From assembly GCA_008632985.1 (NCBI GenBank), contig QPGO01000066.1, forward strand, positions 141,771-205,770: DNA of 64,000 bases, given 5' to 3'. Within the stretch, counting starts at the first letter, position 1. Each line of letters starts with the position of its first letter. Made by a program: the position numbers and the translations under genes. Source of the DNA: Psammoneis japonica (Eukaryota). This document shows, in pieces, positions 10,636 to 22,000 of this stretch. The notes beneath the pieces are model-generated. The model had not been told where the DNA came from and made no database searches. It saw only the letters and a program-made list of their open reading frames with translations.

Positions 10636-12208
10636 ATGAGGTTCTTCTCCGCGTTTCAAATGGCAGTCGCCATTATGGTGGTGTTGGCTCTACTACTACT
10701 ACCACCGCAGTCCAAGGCCGCAAAACCAGAAGATCTCTTCAGCCCTGTTGAACTCGATTCCATGATTGCGACTCGAGATCGTGCCCGAGAGGTCTTGAAG
10801 AAGAATAAATCCGCTCGTCGTCGGCCCCGCTTTGTTGGGGCTCCCAAGATCATGGGTATCCGTAGCACTACTCCACACGTTGGGTCTCCTGCGTCCCGTC
10901 TGGAAAGTGCTGACAGCAGGGTACGAACCGACAAAGACGAGCCTTTCAACACTGTTATCAACAAACTTCCAAACGAAAAAGACACAGGAATAAGCAAGGT
11001 TCATCTCCTTTTGTGTGCGACACTCTCGAGAGACCTTTACAAGGAAAAAAATACAATCAAGTTTGAAAACGATTTGAGACATGATACGGGACTAAAGGAT
11101 GTGGACGTTCGATTCTTGCACAGAGGCTTTACCATAACAGGTTTGCCTTCTGCTCTCAAGTTGCAAACGCCATTTGCTGCAGCCATTGATGGAGACACTT
11201 TAATCTTGGCTTGGCGGGGCACTGCAAGCTTTATGGATGTCATTGCGGATCTCAAGTTTGAACCGTGTTCTCCGTGGGCAAGTACTATGCCAGACCTTCA
11301 GGTCCAGAAAGCAATCTATGAGAAAGTTAAAAGGGACTTGGAACATCATGCGAAAGATATCCTCAGGTACGCTGTCACCGGCTACATGAAAGACAAGAAT
11401 GACCCCAGTATCCCTACGGACTCTGAAAAGAGTTGCGTACCTGTAAAGAGGATCATTCTTACCGGTCACTCTTTGGGTGGGGTAAGTGTTCCACATTTAG
11501 GATTATTGGTACCCATCGGCAGCATCATCGACCTCTCATATACCCGCACTCTCATTATGACGTCGGCAGGGCATTGCGCAAGTGGCTCATCTTGTGTTGA
11601 AACAACCAATAGATAGCAGCAGTGGACCGAGATCTTTGTTGGGCATTATAAATGACATTCTAGGGCGCAAGAAAGTAGAGCTCTCGGATCTCGCCTCTCA
11701 GCTCTCGGACAAAGGAGTAGATATACGCACAGTCGTATTCTCAGCTCCCATGTCGATTGCCGTGTCGGGTGATGACTCTGCACAAGTCGTCAAGTTCCTT
11801 CAAGATGAAATAGCACCCAAGATGTGCAACATTGTCTTCAGCACGGACGTGGTCCCTCATGGTTACGCCGACTTGAAGTTCATCAAAGCGTTCGCCGACG
11901 GACTCATTGACGATTTCGATGCCCTTGGGGAAGGTGTCGCACGAACCTTCCTCGAGTTTTTCTCGAGTATTATCGATAAGAGAAACGACGTGTTCGACCA
12001 ACTTACCAACTACCGTCACGTTGGTACAATTATTCATTACACCAAAAAAGGACCAGAATATCACTTGGACCTTCACGTAGACAAAGGCTTTGGATATGGC
12101 GGACTCCAAAAACACCAAGATCATCCCAAAGTTATTGAGACAGACGTGAAAACAGCTATATATGATCACAGCGATTGGTTAGGTCGCTTGCGCTTTCAAA
12201 ACCACTAA
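10636..12208 (+). CDS. Secreted class-3 (fungal-type) lipase; intron 11482-11569
   Basis: Signal peptide MRFFSAFQMAVAIMVVLALLLL; AWRGT oxyanion motif; GHSLGG nucleophile elbow followed by a GTAAGT...CAG intron; DVVP and YRHVG downstream. Confidence 0.88.
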
Positions 12209-12630
12209 GACGCTAATATATGTACCGTCGTGCTCCACTCGCAGCGCTTAATGCAGCCTTCTCCGACTATTTGCGTTAGCGAAATGCGGAGCACACATTC
12301 TCGTTGAACGCACGCAATATGTTTTGCCAACGAATACTTGGGCCAACATGCATAATATGGAATTACAGTAGCAAGAGTGCTTTGGTGTTCAACATACATA
12401 CAGTTTTAAAAAGATTAATTTCGAGATCCCTTGTCTCATACCAACCTATTTCGCAAGAAGAAAATTTAAAGAACGGATTGGACGTTCAGACGTTATTTTT
12501 TGAAAGGCATCGTGAATAAGCCACAGAGAACATGACGCACTGCACTGGACAGCAAGTGGTTCTTACACGCCCTCAGAATGAGAAATTTCGTGGGGATGTG
12601 GTTATTCGTGCATTTTATTCGGTGGTTGTC

Positions 12631-13226
12631 TCACACTACCCTGTTTTTGTTGTTGAAGTCTAACCATGGGCGCAAGCATTCCTTCAACAAATGGCGCAAT
12701 AAGCGAAGTGGAGAGTGCCAATTTGCGGAGGACAGTAAATCGGCACAATCTTTCTTTCGGCTGTCGCAACTCAGGCGACAATCATCGCTCAAAGACGACG
12801 TTGATGCAACTGCTTCGTCGTTCCGTAACGTGTCAAGAAAGATCCAGAACACTATCAAGAATACCATGCCAACGGCTACTCCCAAGATGAACGAATAAGC
12901 CAACAGTTTTTTGATCAGTTCACCAGCATCGTGGAACTCGTATCCGCTCATACAGATATAACCATACCCAAAAGGAGAGACCATTCCTCCACGAATGGCA
13001 ACATTCATCGACTCTGACGGATGCAATGATGAAGGATGACTCTTTTTGAAATCAAAGTGAGTCTTGAGAGAGTTGCGGCATTGAACTCGATACCTTCTAA
13101 GAGCAAGCATGCCTGGAGATCTGGGAGTGGCAAGCCGTTCGGGAACACGAATCGAGGCCGCTGAAACCATCAGCAACAACAGCAATGTGGCTTTGAGTTA
13201 AGGAGAAGAACAGAAAATCTCCTCAT
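12631..13226 (-). pseudogene. Copy A of a small signal-peptide/TM protein family (paralog of 18195-18938), frameshifted in the signal-peptide region
   Basis: ATG 13226 (MRRFSVLLL) matches the paralog start (MRRSFVFLL) but is out of frame with ORF 12631-13185. Shares its N-terminal region and C-terminus (DLLSSANWHSP.RLLRHLL.ECLRPWL) with the paralog. Confidence 0.6.
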
Positions 13227-13480
13227 GGTGGATGCTCTGCTGCCACAGTGACTCCTCCAGCGTCTTGATCACATCGAGCTGGGATTTTCGTGAGACACAA
13301 CATGATGCATGTTTGAAGCGGGACCAAGCGAAGAAACGCGCGTTGCTTGAGTCGTGTCATGTATCGTGTCGCGCATTACTGTGTATGATGTGTGTCGCTT
13401 CTTTCTGATGGTCGCCGTACAAAAAATCCAAAGAAAAAATGAGAAAGCAGTCTTCGCCGCCGCATGGTCCTCAAGCGATC

Positions 13481-14509
13481 ATGATGAAGCTCGTCCTCAC
13501 CACTTTAGCGATCTCCGTAGTCCTCACATTGGATGCTGCCTACCGACTCTGGAACGTTCGCAATGATGGTCAACTTGTTCCCTCTCCGATGAAGCACGTG
13601 CGTTGTGTTGACACCTGGGAGGACCTCCGAAGCAGAACTGCGAGCGCTAAGGAACATGATGTCGTCACGGTTTGTCATTTAGCGTCCTTAAAGGTTCCAG
13701 GTGGAGAAGGGCCAATCGTAGTTAAGGGGCTTGAGGCGCTCACGATTCAGTGCGCGGGTCAGTGTCTAATTGGTGGGGGTCGGACACAATTCGAGATTGA
13801 AGGGGTACGCAGCCTGACCTTCAAGGGCGTCGCGTTCCACGACGTTGTTGATACTCACGTAAAAATCAAGTTCCTGAAGAATATTGATCAAGCAGAAGTG
13901 AAATTCCAGGATTGCATGTTTTTCGGTAACTGGTATTCTCGCGGAAGTAATTACCCTAAGAACGCCGTCATCGCCTGCGAAAATGAAGAGCTCGGCATCG
14001 AAGCGTCCGGGCATGGTAAGGATGCAAGGCTCACCATTGAGAACTCAGACTTTACAAACAATAAGGTCCATGACTGTGTCATTTGTAATCGTGGCTGTGA
14101 CCTCAATGTGCACAGCACGTTATTCAAAAGCAATTACGCATTCTTTGACGGATGGAGCAGTGCCCTCATACGCAATTTCAGGAGCCTATGCGACATTGAT
14201 CTTGCTTGTGAGGCAAAGATGAAGGTTACTGACTCGTGTTTTATTCGAAATACTGGGAGTCTCACTCCTGCACTGTACGAGCAATGCATGGACTGTGTCG
14301 GAGCATCTCCTGGCATACAAGGGATCGCGGGTCGATACAACTTTCCTTGTAACGGGTTTTACTATCACAACTGGTCCTTCTATGACTGGAGTGAAGAAGA
14401 CAATTTTGAGAGGTCAGTCTTGCCGACATGCAAAGAATTTAATACTTTGGCGTGTGTGCGTTCTGAGCCACTTCACACTTTCAAGGATTTTGCTGGAAGT
14501 GTCGGGTAA
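13481..14509 (+). CDS. Secreted or membrane-anchored Cys/Asn-rich protein, probable right-handed parallel beta-helix (pectin-lyase-like fold)
   Basis: Hydrophobic N-terminus MMKLVLTTLAISVVLTL; repeated motifs FQDCMFFGN, IENSDFTNN, VHSTLFKSN, VTDSCFIRN. Confidence 0.7.
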   Translation: MMKLVLTTLAISVVLTLDAAYRLWNVRNDGQLVPSPMKHVRCVDTWEDLRSRTASAKEHDVVTVCHLASLKVPGGEGPIVVKGLEALTIQCAGQCLIGGGRTQFEIEGVRSLTFKGVAFHDVVDTHVKIKFLKNIDQAEVKFQDCMFFGNWYSRGSNYPKNAVIACENEELGIEASGHGKDARLTIENSDFTNNKVHDCVICNRGCDLNVHSTLFKSNYAFFDGWSSALIRNFRSLCDIDLACEAKMKVTDSCFIRNTGSLTPALYEQCMDCVGASPGIQGIAGRYNFPCNGFYYHNWSFYDWSEEDNFERSVLPTCKEFNTLACVRSEPLHTFKDFAGSVG

Positions 14510-16841
14510 AACAAGTCAGAAAACTGATGCTGTTGGGTACGACGTAGAATAATCCATATATTTCAGTCTATTCGCTTGTTTGTTTGATAGATTCTATCCT
14601 AAGTTTTGTAATTCAGTAGAATGATGCCATGCAACCTTCGTTTTTAATGCCAGTGACTCACAACACCGCACTGAAACTAAAAAGGCGCGCGTTTCGACAT
14701 GTGCACTGGAAACGGCAGAAAGAATCCAACAAATGCCTGTCACGTCATTGCATCTCGAAAACACAAGGAGAGATTTGAACAGCCAGACACGAGATGATGA
14801 TCCGAGGTGTAGAGAGAAGCACTCAAAGCCTCGTTTCACAGTGCTCATCACCAAATGGATGTACAGAAGAATGATGAATGGACCTTTGGTTGGAGTTCTT
14901 TGAAAGATTTCCAATTGAAAATCATTGAGCTCCAGGTCACCCATCAAGAAGACTTTTAAACAATGATGCATGGGTTTGCAGGGTTTCTGCAGAGTGTCAG
15001 TTCCAATGTGATGGTGTGATCTCTTTCCATTTTTTCTCCTGACTTTTTCTCGTCTTCAACAATTTGCAATTGACACAGCCAATCAGGAAAGGGCAGGGCT
15101 GCTCATCACCAATCAGAGCTCTCTGTCTGCCCTTTGACGTGACTGGCTTGCCAGCCATCCTTCCTGTCAACCTGGGTCCTTTTTCACCACATCCTTCATG
15201 CCCCCAACTTGCAATGTGTCATGCTTTGGCGCAGCTTGGATGTCACAAAAATGTTTGCTTTGCAGTTGATTTGCACTCTGCTGGTGTGGTTGACAGATGC
15301 AGCCAGCCAGCTGTGCAGCTTTGTCATGTCATGAGCAATCACCCTTCCACCTGCAGCAAACTTTGATGTTGCTTTTGCCCAAGACTGGGACACTTTGGAA
15401 CAGAAGCTGGCTTGATGCAGTGCCCATGTGAGCCAGACATGCCCCGGTCCCTCTCAGCACTCGTGCTGGAGACCTTTTCAAAGGCAACTTCTTTAGATTG
15501 CTCTTCACATTTGATTTTTTTAGCTCAAACTGGCAGGATCAGCTGGCAAAAAGCAAACAGAGAGGGTCATTCTGCCATTTGTGTCAGAGGTTCTTGTCTT
15601 CACTCTGGAAGGCAGGGTTGTTGTCTTTTTTCTTGTTGTGGCCTTGTCATGGAGAACATGGGCAGAGCCAGCAGCAGTGCTTGCCAGCTGATCTCTTTCC
15701 TCTAACTTGCTTTTGAGTGGCACAGGAATGGCTCCAGTTGGAGAGGAGTGGTGTTTGCACCTTTTCTGCTCATGACGGAAGGCAGCACCTTTGACAGTTT
15801 GGAAGCATTGATGCACTTGCAAACAGATCATGCAATTGCCCAGCCCTCACAACCATTTGACAAAACTTTAGGTTGATGGACCTCAGGTGCTGCCAGCCAC
15901 AATGCTTGCTGCTCAACAAGGCTCTGTGATGGCAAATTCCTCAGTGGCGTTTGTGCCAGTGGCAGTGACTCCTTGCTTGTCACTCACGATCACTGTCAGC
16001 AGCATTCTTGAGACAATGATGCTCAAAGCATGACATTTTCATGTTGGAAGATGCTAAGTCACCCTGATTGCCAGCACTGGAAAGAGCTTGCTTCTTCTCA
16101 TTCACAGTGCAGAACTCAGCAAGCAAGCTTGATGAACTCTGTGCACCAATCTTTCTCTGTCTTTTCCCATTTCCTTGCAGAGCTCAGACACCAGTGCTGC
16201 ATCAGAAAAGACAGCATGCTCCATGGCAACAATCAAAGATCACACAAACCTTTGTGCAGCCACATTCACTCCCCTTTGTGAGAGAGCCACGCTGCTGACG
16301 ATGTCACACCCACGCAGCTCATTCTCGGTGCAGTCAGCACTCTGTCTGCTCCAAGCCCTGGAGATGCTGTCCAACAAAGAACTCAAAACAAAAAGACAAA
16401 AAACAACAATGAGAGTGCCAGCAGCTTGGAAACATTCTGCACACAGCCAACAATGCCTGCTAGACTGCACATTTTGGTTTGAGGTTGGTTGGTCATGATG
16501 CTGTCACCAGACCTCTCACCAGCTCTTCACTCATGTTGAGATCCTCTAGAGCCAAGCTGACCAACCCAATGAAGACAAGCTCTGCAATGCACCATTGCCC
16601 ACCATGACCAATCCCACAGCTTTGCCAACATGGCCGTGAAGTGCGTGGCTGTCACACATGAGTGACCCCACCCCTGGATCTGCTGAGCACCATGTGATTG
16701 CTCCCCACCAACACTTTGATTTGTGTGGCAGTCCAGGCATGCACACAGAAGCCCAAAGTGCTTGCATGAAACTTGCATGAAACTCTAAGGGCAGATGTGT
16801 GGGATGTGCCAATTTCCACACATGAGATGCCCCGCCCCCAT

Positions 16842-17226
16842 GCTGGACAGCTTCAAAGCCACAAAAAACAACAATGAGGTGAGACATTAGATGAGTTTCT
16901 GACCATTGCAAGATGTCACAAAATCCTTGAAGTCATCCAAACCAACACTCAAGTTGACCATGATTTTTGAGCAGAGAGTGGCCAGTTGTTTGTCAGCTCT
17001 TGACCACTTTTTCACAAAGAGAGCAAGGCACCAAGCTGGACAGCTTCAAAGCCACAAAAAACAACAATGAGGTGAGACATGAGACAAGCTTCTGACCATT
17101 GCAAGATGTCACAAAATCCTTGAAGTCATCCAAACCAACACTCAAGTTGACCATGATTTTTGAGCAGAGAGTGGCCAGTTGTTTGTCAGCTCTTGACCAC
17201 TTTTTCACAAAGAGAGCAAGGCACCA
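16842..17226 (+). repeat. Tandem duplication, ~193-bp unit x2
   Basis: gctggacagcttcaaagccacaaaaaacaacaatgaggtgagacat...gagcaaggcaccaa starts at 16842 and at 17035. Confidence 0.9.
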
Positions 17227-17236
17227 AAAAACAAAA

Positions 17237-17690
17237 GATGACTCTGCACAAGTCATCAAGTTTCTTGAAGATAAAAGGGCGCCCAATCAATTGGTCAATC
17301 AACTCAACGATTGCTGGCCAGTGGCTTCAGCACAGATGTGGTCCCTCATGGTTGTGCTGACTTGAAGCTCATCAAAGCTTTCGCCAATGGACTCATTGAC
17401 GATTTTGATGCCTTTGGGGAAGGTGTCGCACAAACCTTCCTTGAGTTTTTCTCGAGTGCTGTCAAAAAGAGAAATGACATGTTCAGTCAACTTGCCAACT
17501 GCTGCCATGTTGGCACAATTTTTCATCACACCAAAAAAGGACCAGTGTGCATTGGACCTTCACGTTGACAAAGGCTTTGGATGTGGCAGACTCCAAAAAC
17601 ACCAAGATCACCCCAAAGTTGTCGAGACAGACGTGAAAACAGCTCTGCATGATCACAGCAAATGGTCGCTTGCGCTTTCAAAACCAATAA
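17237..17690 (+). pseudogene. Decayed copy of lipase exon 2 (source 11771-12210)
   Basis: Colinear alignment with the intact lipase; differences fall overwhelmingly at TpA and CpG. Confidence 0.92.
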
Positions 17691-18194
17691 AGACGCAAAT
17701 GTTTGGTGCTGCCATCTCTGGCTGTTTGCTCTAGCTAACACGCATGCTGTCGGATCACAGTAACAAGAGTGCTTGGTTGGTCAAGATACATCTAAAAGGT
17801 GTCTTTCGACATTTACAAGAGCTGCAGTCTCTACAAGAGCTGCAGTCTTACCCTCACTTATTCGGTTCGCCCCTTCTACTCAATCGTTTACACGACATGC
17901 TGTGAAACTGTTGGCTGTGCGTTTTTGGCTATATGGTTTTACTGGTCAACAAAGTCGCAGAAGTCTCGTCAACTTTTTTGCGGTGGAGAGTCCGCCTCCA
18001 TGGCTGAGTTAATCCTACGGCATTGTTATCTCATGAAGTTTCAGGCCCAATGTAGCCACGATATAGGAAAAACAGGGATAACGCAGCACTTAAAGTAGAA
18101 ACTGAATATGCTCTTTCACGCCCTCAACAAATGAAAAAAGAATTCGTGGACATGTGCCACTTTGGTTATTCGTTTATTCGAATCAGTGGTTATC

Positions 18195-18938
18195 TCACTG
18201 TTTGTTGTTGATGTTGTGCAACCAGGGGCGCAAGCATTCCGTCAACAAATGGCGCAACAAGCGAATTGGAGAATGCCAATTTGCAGAGGACAGTAAATCA
18301 TCGTCGTCTTCTTCTTTCTCTCCGATTTTTTGAGCATGGTTTCCAAGGTATAAACAAGCACCACCAAAGGTGTCACCAAAAACGGCCAAAGCTGAAAGGC
18401 CGCATTTACCTGAGCATGCTTTATAAAAACCGGCAATGGCTGCGGTGGTTCCACAAACGCTTCCCGTGCCATAGAAGATTCTTTCCATAACATTTTTTGT
18501 TTTCATACATTTGATAAATGAGACTCCTCCTATAGCTACCCCGCCAGCAGCCCATCCAAGATTCGCTCCAATTGCGAATTGTGGTGAACCAAATTTAGCA
18601 AGCACTTTTACAAAGTCCAACAATAATTTGATCTCTTCATAAGCTTCGTCTAACTCGGCCCTGCTCATACAGATGTAATCGGCGTCAGGAAAGATAATGT
18701 CTCCACCACGAAGGGTGACAATCTTCGACTCTGACGGGTGATGATGATGATGAAGGACGGTTGTTCTTTTTGAAGCGAAGCTGAGTATTGAGAGAGTTGC
18801 GGTGTTGAACTCGACGCTTTCCAGGAGCAAGCGTGATCTGGGAGCAGCAAGCCGTCCAGGAACACGAGTCGAGGCAGCTGAAAGCATCAGCAACAACAGA
18901 AGTGTGAGTTGAAGAAGAAAAACGAATGATCTTCTCAT
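18195..18938 (-). CDS. Copy B (intact, 247 aa) small signal-peptide protein with an LRGG motif and Gly/Ala-rich hydrophobic core
   Basis: Open ORF with signal peptide MRRSFVFLLQLTLLLLLMLSAAS and normal TA/CG content; paralogous to 12631-13226. Confidence 0.72.
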   Translation of the reverse strand: MRRSFVFLLQLTLLLLLMLSAASTRVPGRLAAPRSRLLLESVEFNTATLSILSFASKRTTVLHHHHHPSESKIVTLRGGDIIFPDADYICMSRAELDEAYEEIKLLLDFVKVLAKFGSPQFAIGANLGWAAGGVAIGGVSFIKCMKTKNVMERIFYGTGSVCGTTAAIAGFYKACSGKCGLSALAVFGDTFGGACLYLGNHAQKIGEKEEDDDDLLSSANWHSPIRLLRHLLTECLRPWLHNINNKQ

Positions 18939-19029
18939 GGTGTTGGTCGTTGCTCTGATGCCGCAGTGACTCCAACGTCTTCATCATATCGAGCTGGGGT
19001 TTTCGTGGGATGCACGATACGAATTTGAA

Positions 19030-22000
19030 CACGGTGGCTGTGGTGCTTCCTGGGCGAACGCATCTCCGAAGCAGCCAGCAGCCATGGCAGCTGTCGGTGC
19101 ATCTCGTTCATCAATTTGGTTTTCCTCGTATCTGTAGGCTTTTTAATGATGCTTTTTGGTGACTGTTGGTGCGCTTTCAGAAGCCGTGATCACCTGCAAA
19201 AATGGAAAGCTTTGCATCAAAGTGTCAGGGCAAGGCTTGCCATTGAGAACCCAGACTTTGCAAACAACAAGGTCCGTGACTGTGTCATTTGCAATCATGG
19301 CTGTGCCGTCAATGTGAGCAGCACGTTGTTCAAAAGCAATGGCGAGCTCTTTGACAGATGCGCGGAGCAGTCCCCTCCTCATGCACAGCTTCAGGAGCCT
19401 GTGTGATGTTGATCTTCCTTGCCTTCACCAGAAATGCCAGGAGTCTTGCTCCTGCACTCTGCAAGCAATGCTTGGAATGCATGGGAGCATTTCCTGACAT
19501 GCAAGGAATCACAAGTTGTTGCAACTTCCCATTCCATCACTGGAGTGTAGAAAGCCATTTGGAGAGAGGTCAGTCTTGCTGACACGCATGTCATTCGATG
19601 CTTCAGCATGCGTGCATTCTGAGCCACTTCACACTTTCAAGGATTTTGTTAAGTGCATTGCAGAATGATCCATGCATGCTTCAGAAGCGGCCTGCAGCCA
19701 TGGCAGGAGGTGTCGGCGCATCTCATTCATCAGCTTGGTTTTTCTTGCAGCTGCAGGCTTTAACGATGCTTTTTGGTGACTGTTGGTGTGCTTTCAGAAG
19801 CCGTGATCACCTGCAAAAATGAAAAGCTTTGCATCAAAGTGTCAGGGCAAGGCTTGTCATTGAGAACTCAGACTTTGCAAACAACAAGGTCCGTGACTGT
19901 GTCATTTGCAATCATGGCTGTGCCCTCAGTGTGAGCAGCACATTGTTCAAAAGCAGTGGCAAGCTCTTTGACAGATGCATGGAGCAGTGCCCTCACGCAC
20001 AGCTTCAGGAGCCTGTGTGATGTTGATCTTCCTTGCATTCACCAGAAATGCCAGGAGTCTTGCTCCTGCACTCTGCAAGCAATGCTTGGAATGCATGGGA
20101 GCATTTCCTGACACGCGAGGGATCACAAGTTGTTGCAACTTCCCTTGCAATGGGTTTTGCCATCACAGCTGGTCATTCCATCACTGCAGTGTAGAAAGCC
20201 ATTTGGAGAGGTCAGTCTTGCTGACATGCATGTCATTCGATGCTTCAGCATGCAAGCACTCTGAGCCACTTCACACTTTCAAGGATTTTGTCAAGTGCAT
20301 TGTAGATTGATCCATGTGTGCTTCAGTCTTTTTGTGCACTTGTTTAACAGAGTTTTGTGAATCAGCAGAATGATGCAATGCAACCTTTGTTTTGAATTCC
20401 AGTGAAAAACACCAAAAGTTTGTTTGAGCTCACCACACTTCCCCCAATCTGAAAGGGTGTGCTTTCTGACATGCACTGGAAATGGCAGAAAAATCCAACA
20501 AATGCTTGCCATGTTTGCTGCCATTGCATCTTGATTGCAAGGAGAGGCAAACACAAGATGACAACCCGAGGTGTGGAAAGAAGCACTCAAATCCTCATTT
20601 TGTCATGCTTGTCACCAAATGGATGGGCAGAAGAATGACGAATGGACCTTTGGTGAAAGAGTTTCAACTGAAAACTGTCAAACTCTGGGGCACCCATTGA
20701 GAGGATTTGTGTGATGCACAATTCCATGCAGTGTTTCTGCAGAGTCTGTTTCTCAATGCAATGATGTGATGGACTTCTGAACCCTGAATGTCTCTTTCCT
20801 TTCTTTCTCTTGACTTTCTTGACTTCTTTGATGACTTGCCATTGACACAGCCAGCACTTTGCTGATCAGATCTTTCTGTCTGCCCTTTCACATGCCTGAC
20901 TTGCCAGCTGTCCTGCCTGTCAATCTGGGCACTTTTTCATCACACCATTCATGCCTGTAACTTGTGTCTTCTGTCTTGAGTTGTTCACACTCTGCACACT
21001 TGGTGGTGACATTCATGTGATGCCATGTGGGTGGCTGTGTCACACAGTGCATCATGCAAAGTGCATGCAGGGCTGCGCCCTTCTTGTCCACACTTTGGCA
21101 CAGCTTGGTTGTCACAAAAAAATTGCTGCACACTCTGATTTGCATCCAGCAGGTGTGGTTGATGACACAGACAGCTGCTGTGGCTTTGTCTTGGCACAAG
21201 CAATCAACCTTGCACCTTTGGCAAACTTTGAGGTTGTTCCCACCAAGAGCTCCATCTGACACACCACCATGCCATCAAAGTGGACATGCTCTGGAGTGGA
21301 AGCTGGCCCAAAGTGGTGCACATGTGCTGAGCTGGACATGTCCAGAACACTCACAGCACACACATGCTGGAGAACTTTTTAATCTCTCTGAGTTGAGTGA
21401 CTTTTCCTCAGATTGCTCTCCATGCCTGGCTTCTCTGTGGCACAAATTGGCAGGATCAGCCAGCAAAAAAAAAAGTCTTGCTCTGTCATTTGAGCCCATG
21501 ACATGCCCAGCCAGGCTCTTGTCTTGACTCTGGGAAGACAGAATCATTGCTTGTTGTTCTCTTTTTGTGGCAGCCTTGTTGTGGAAAACTTGGGTGGAGC
21601 TGGCGGCAGTGCTCGCCAGCAGATCTTTTTCCTGACTTGATGATGAATGGCATGGGTGTGGCTCCAGCAAGCCAGAGGAGAGCAGCGCTTGTGCCTTTTC
21701 TGGCCCAGTTCACCCAGCTCAGGATGGAGGGCAAACAATTGTCTGCCTGCCAGAAATTTAGACTTTTCAGATGAGCCACAGCTTTCTGGCCCCATTGCAG
21801 TCAGTTGGTTGGCAGAAATGCTCTCCACAGCTGTTTCCTCCAGATTGCAGGGCTGCTGGAGTTGTTCCCACAGCACATCCAAACAAGTGCTGCTGTGGCC
21901 ATCCAATGCATCATTTTCTTCATCACATTTGCCACCATCCCCAACCTCCCAGACCCCTTGCATCTCAAGGACAAAGTCAATGGGTGCAAGCAAGTGATTT

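Larger units (their letters stand above)
14950..17740. other. TpA/CpG-depleted decayed domain D1
   Basis: Almost no TA and few CG dinucleotides, with TG/CA excess. The part 14510-17230 is homologous to 20300-22450 (e.g. tggcaggatcagc, aagggcagatgtgtggga, ctcaagttgaccatg). Confidence 0.85.
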
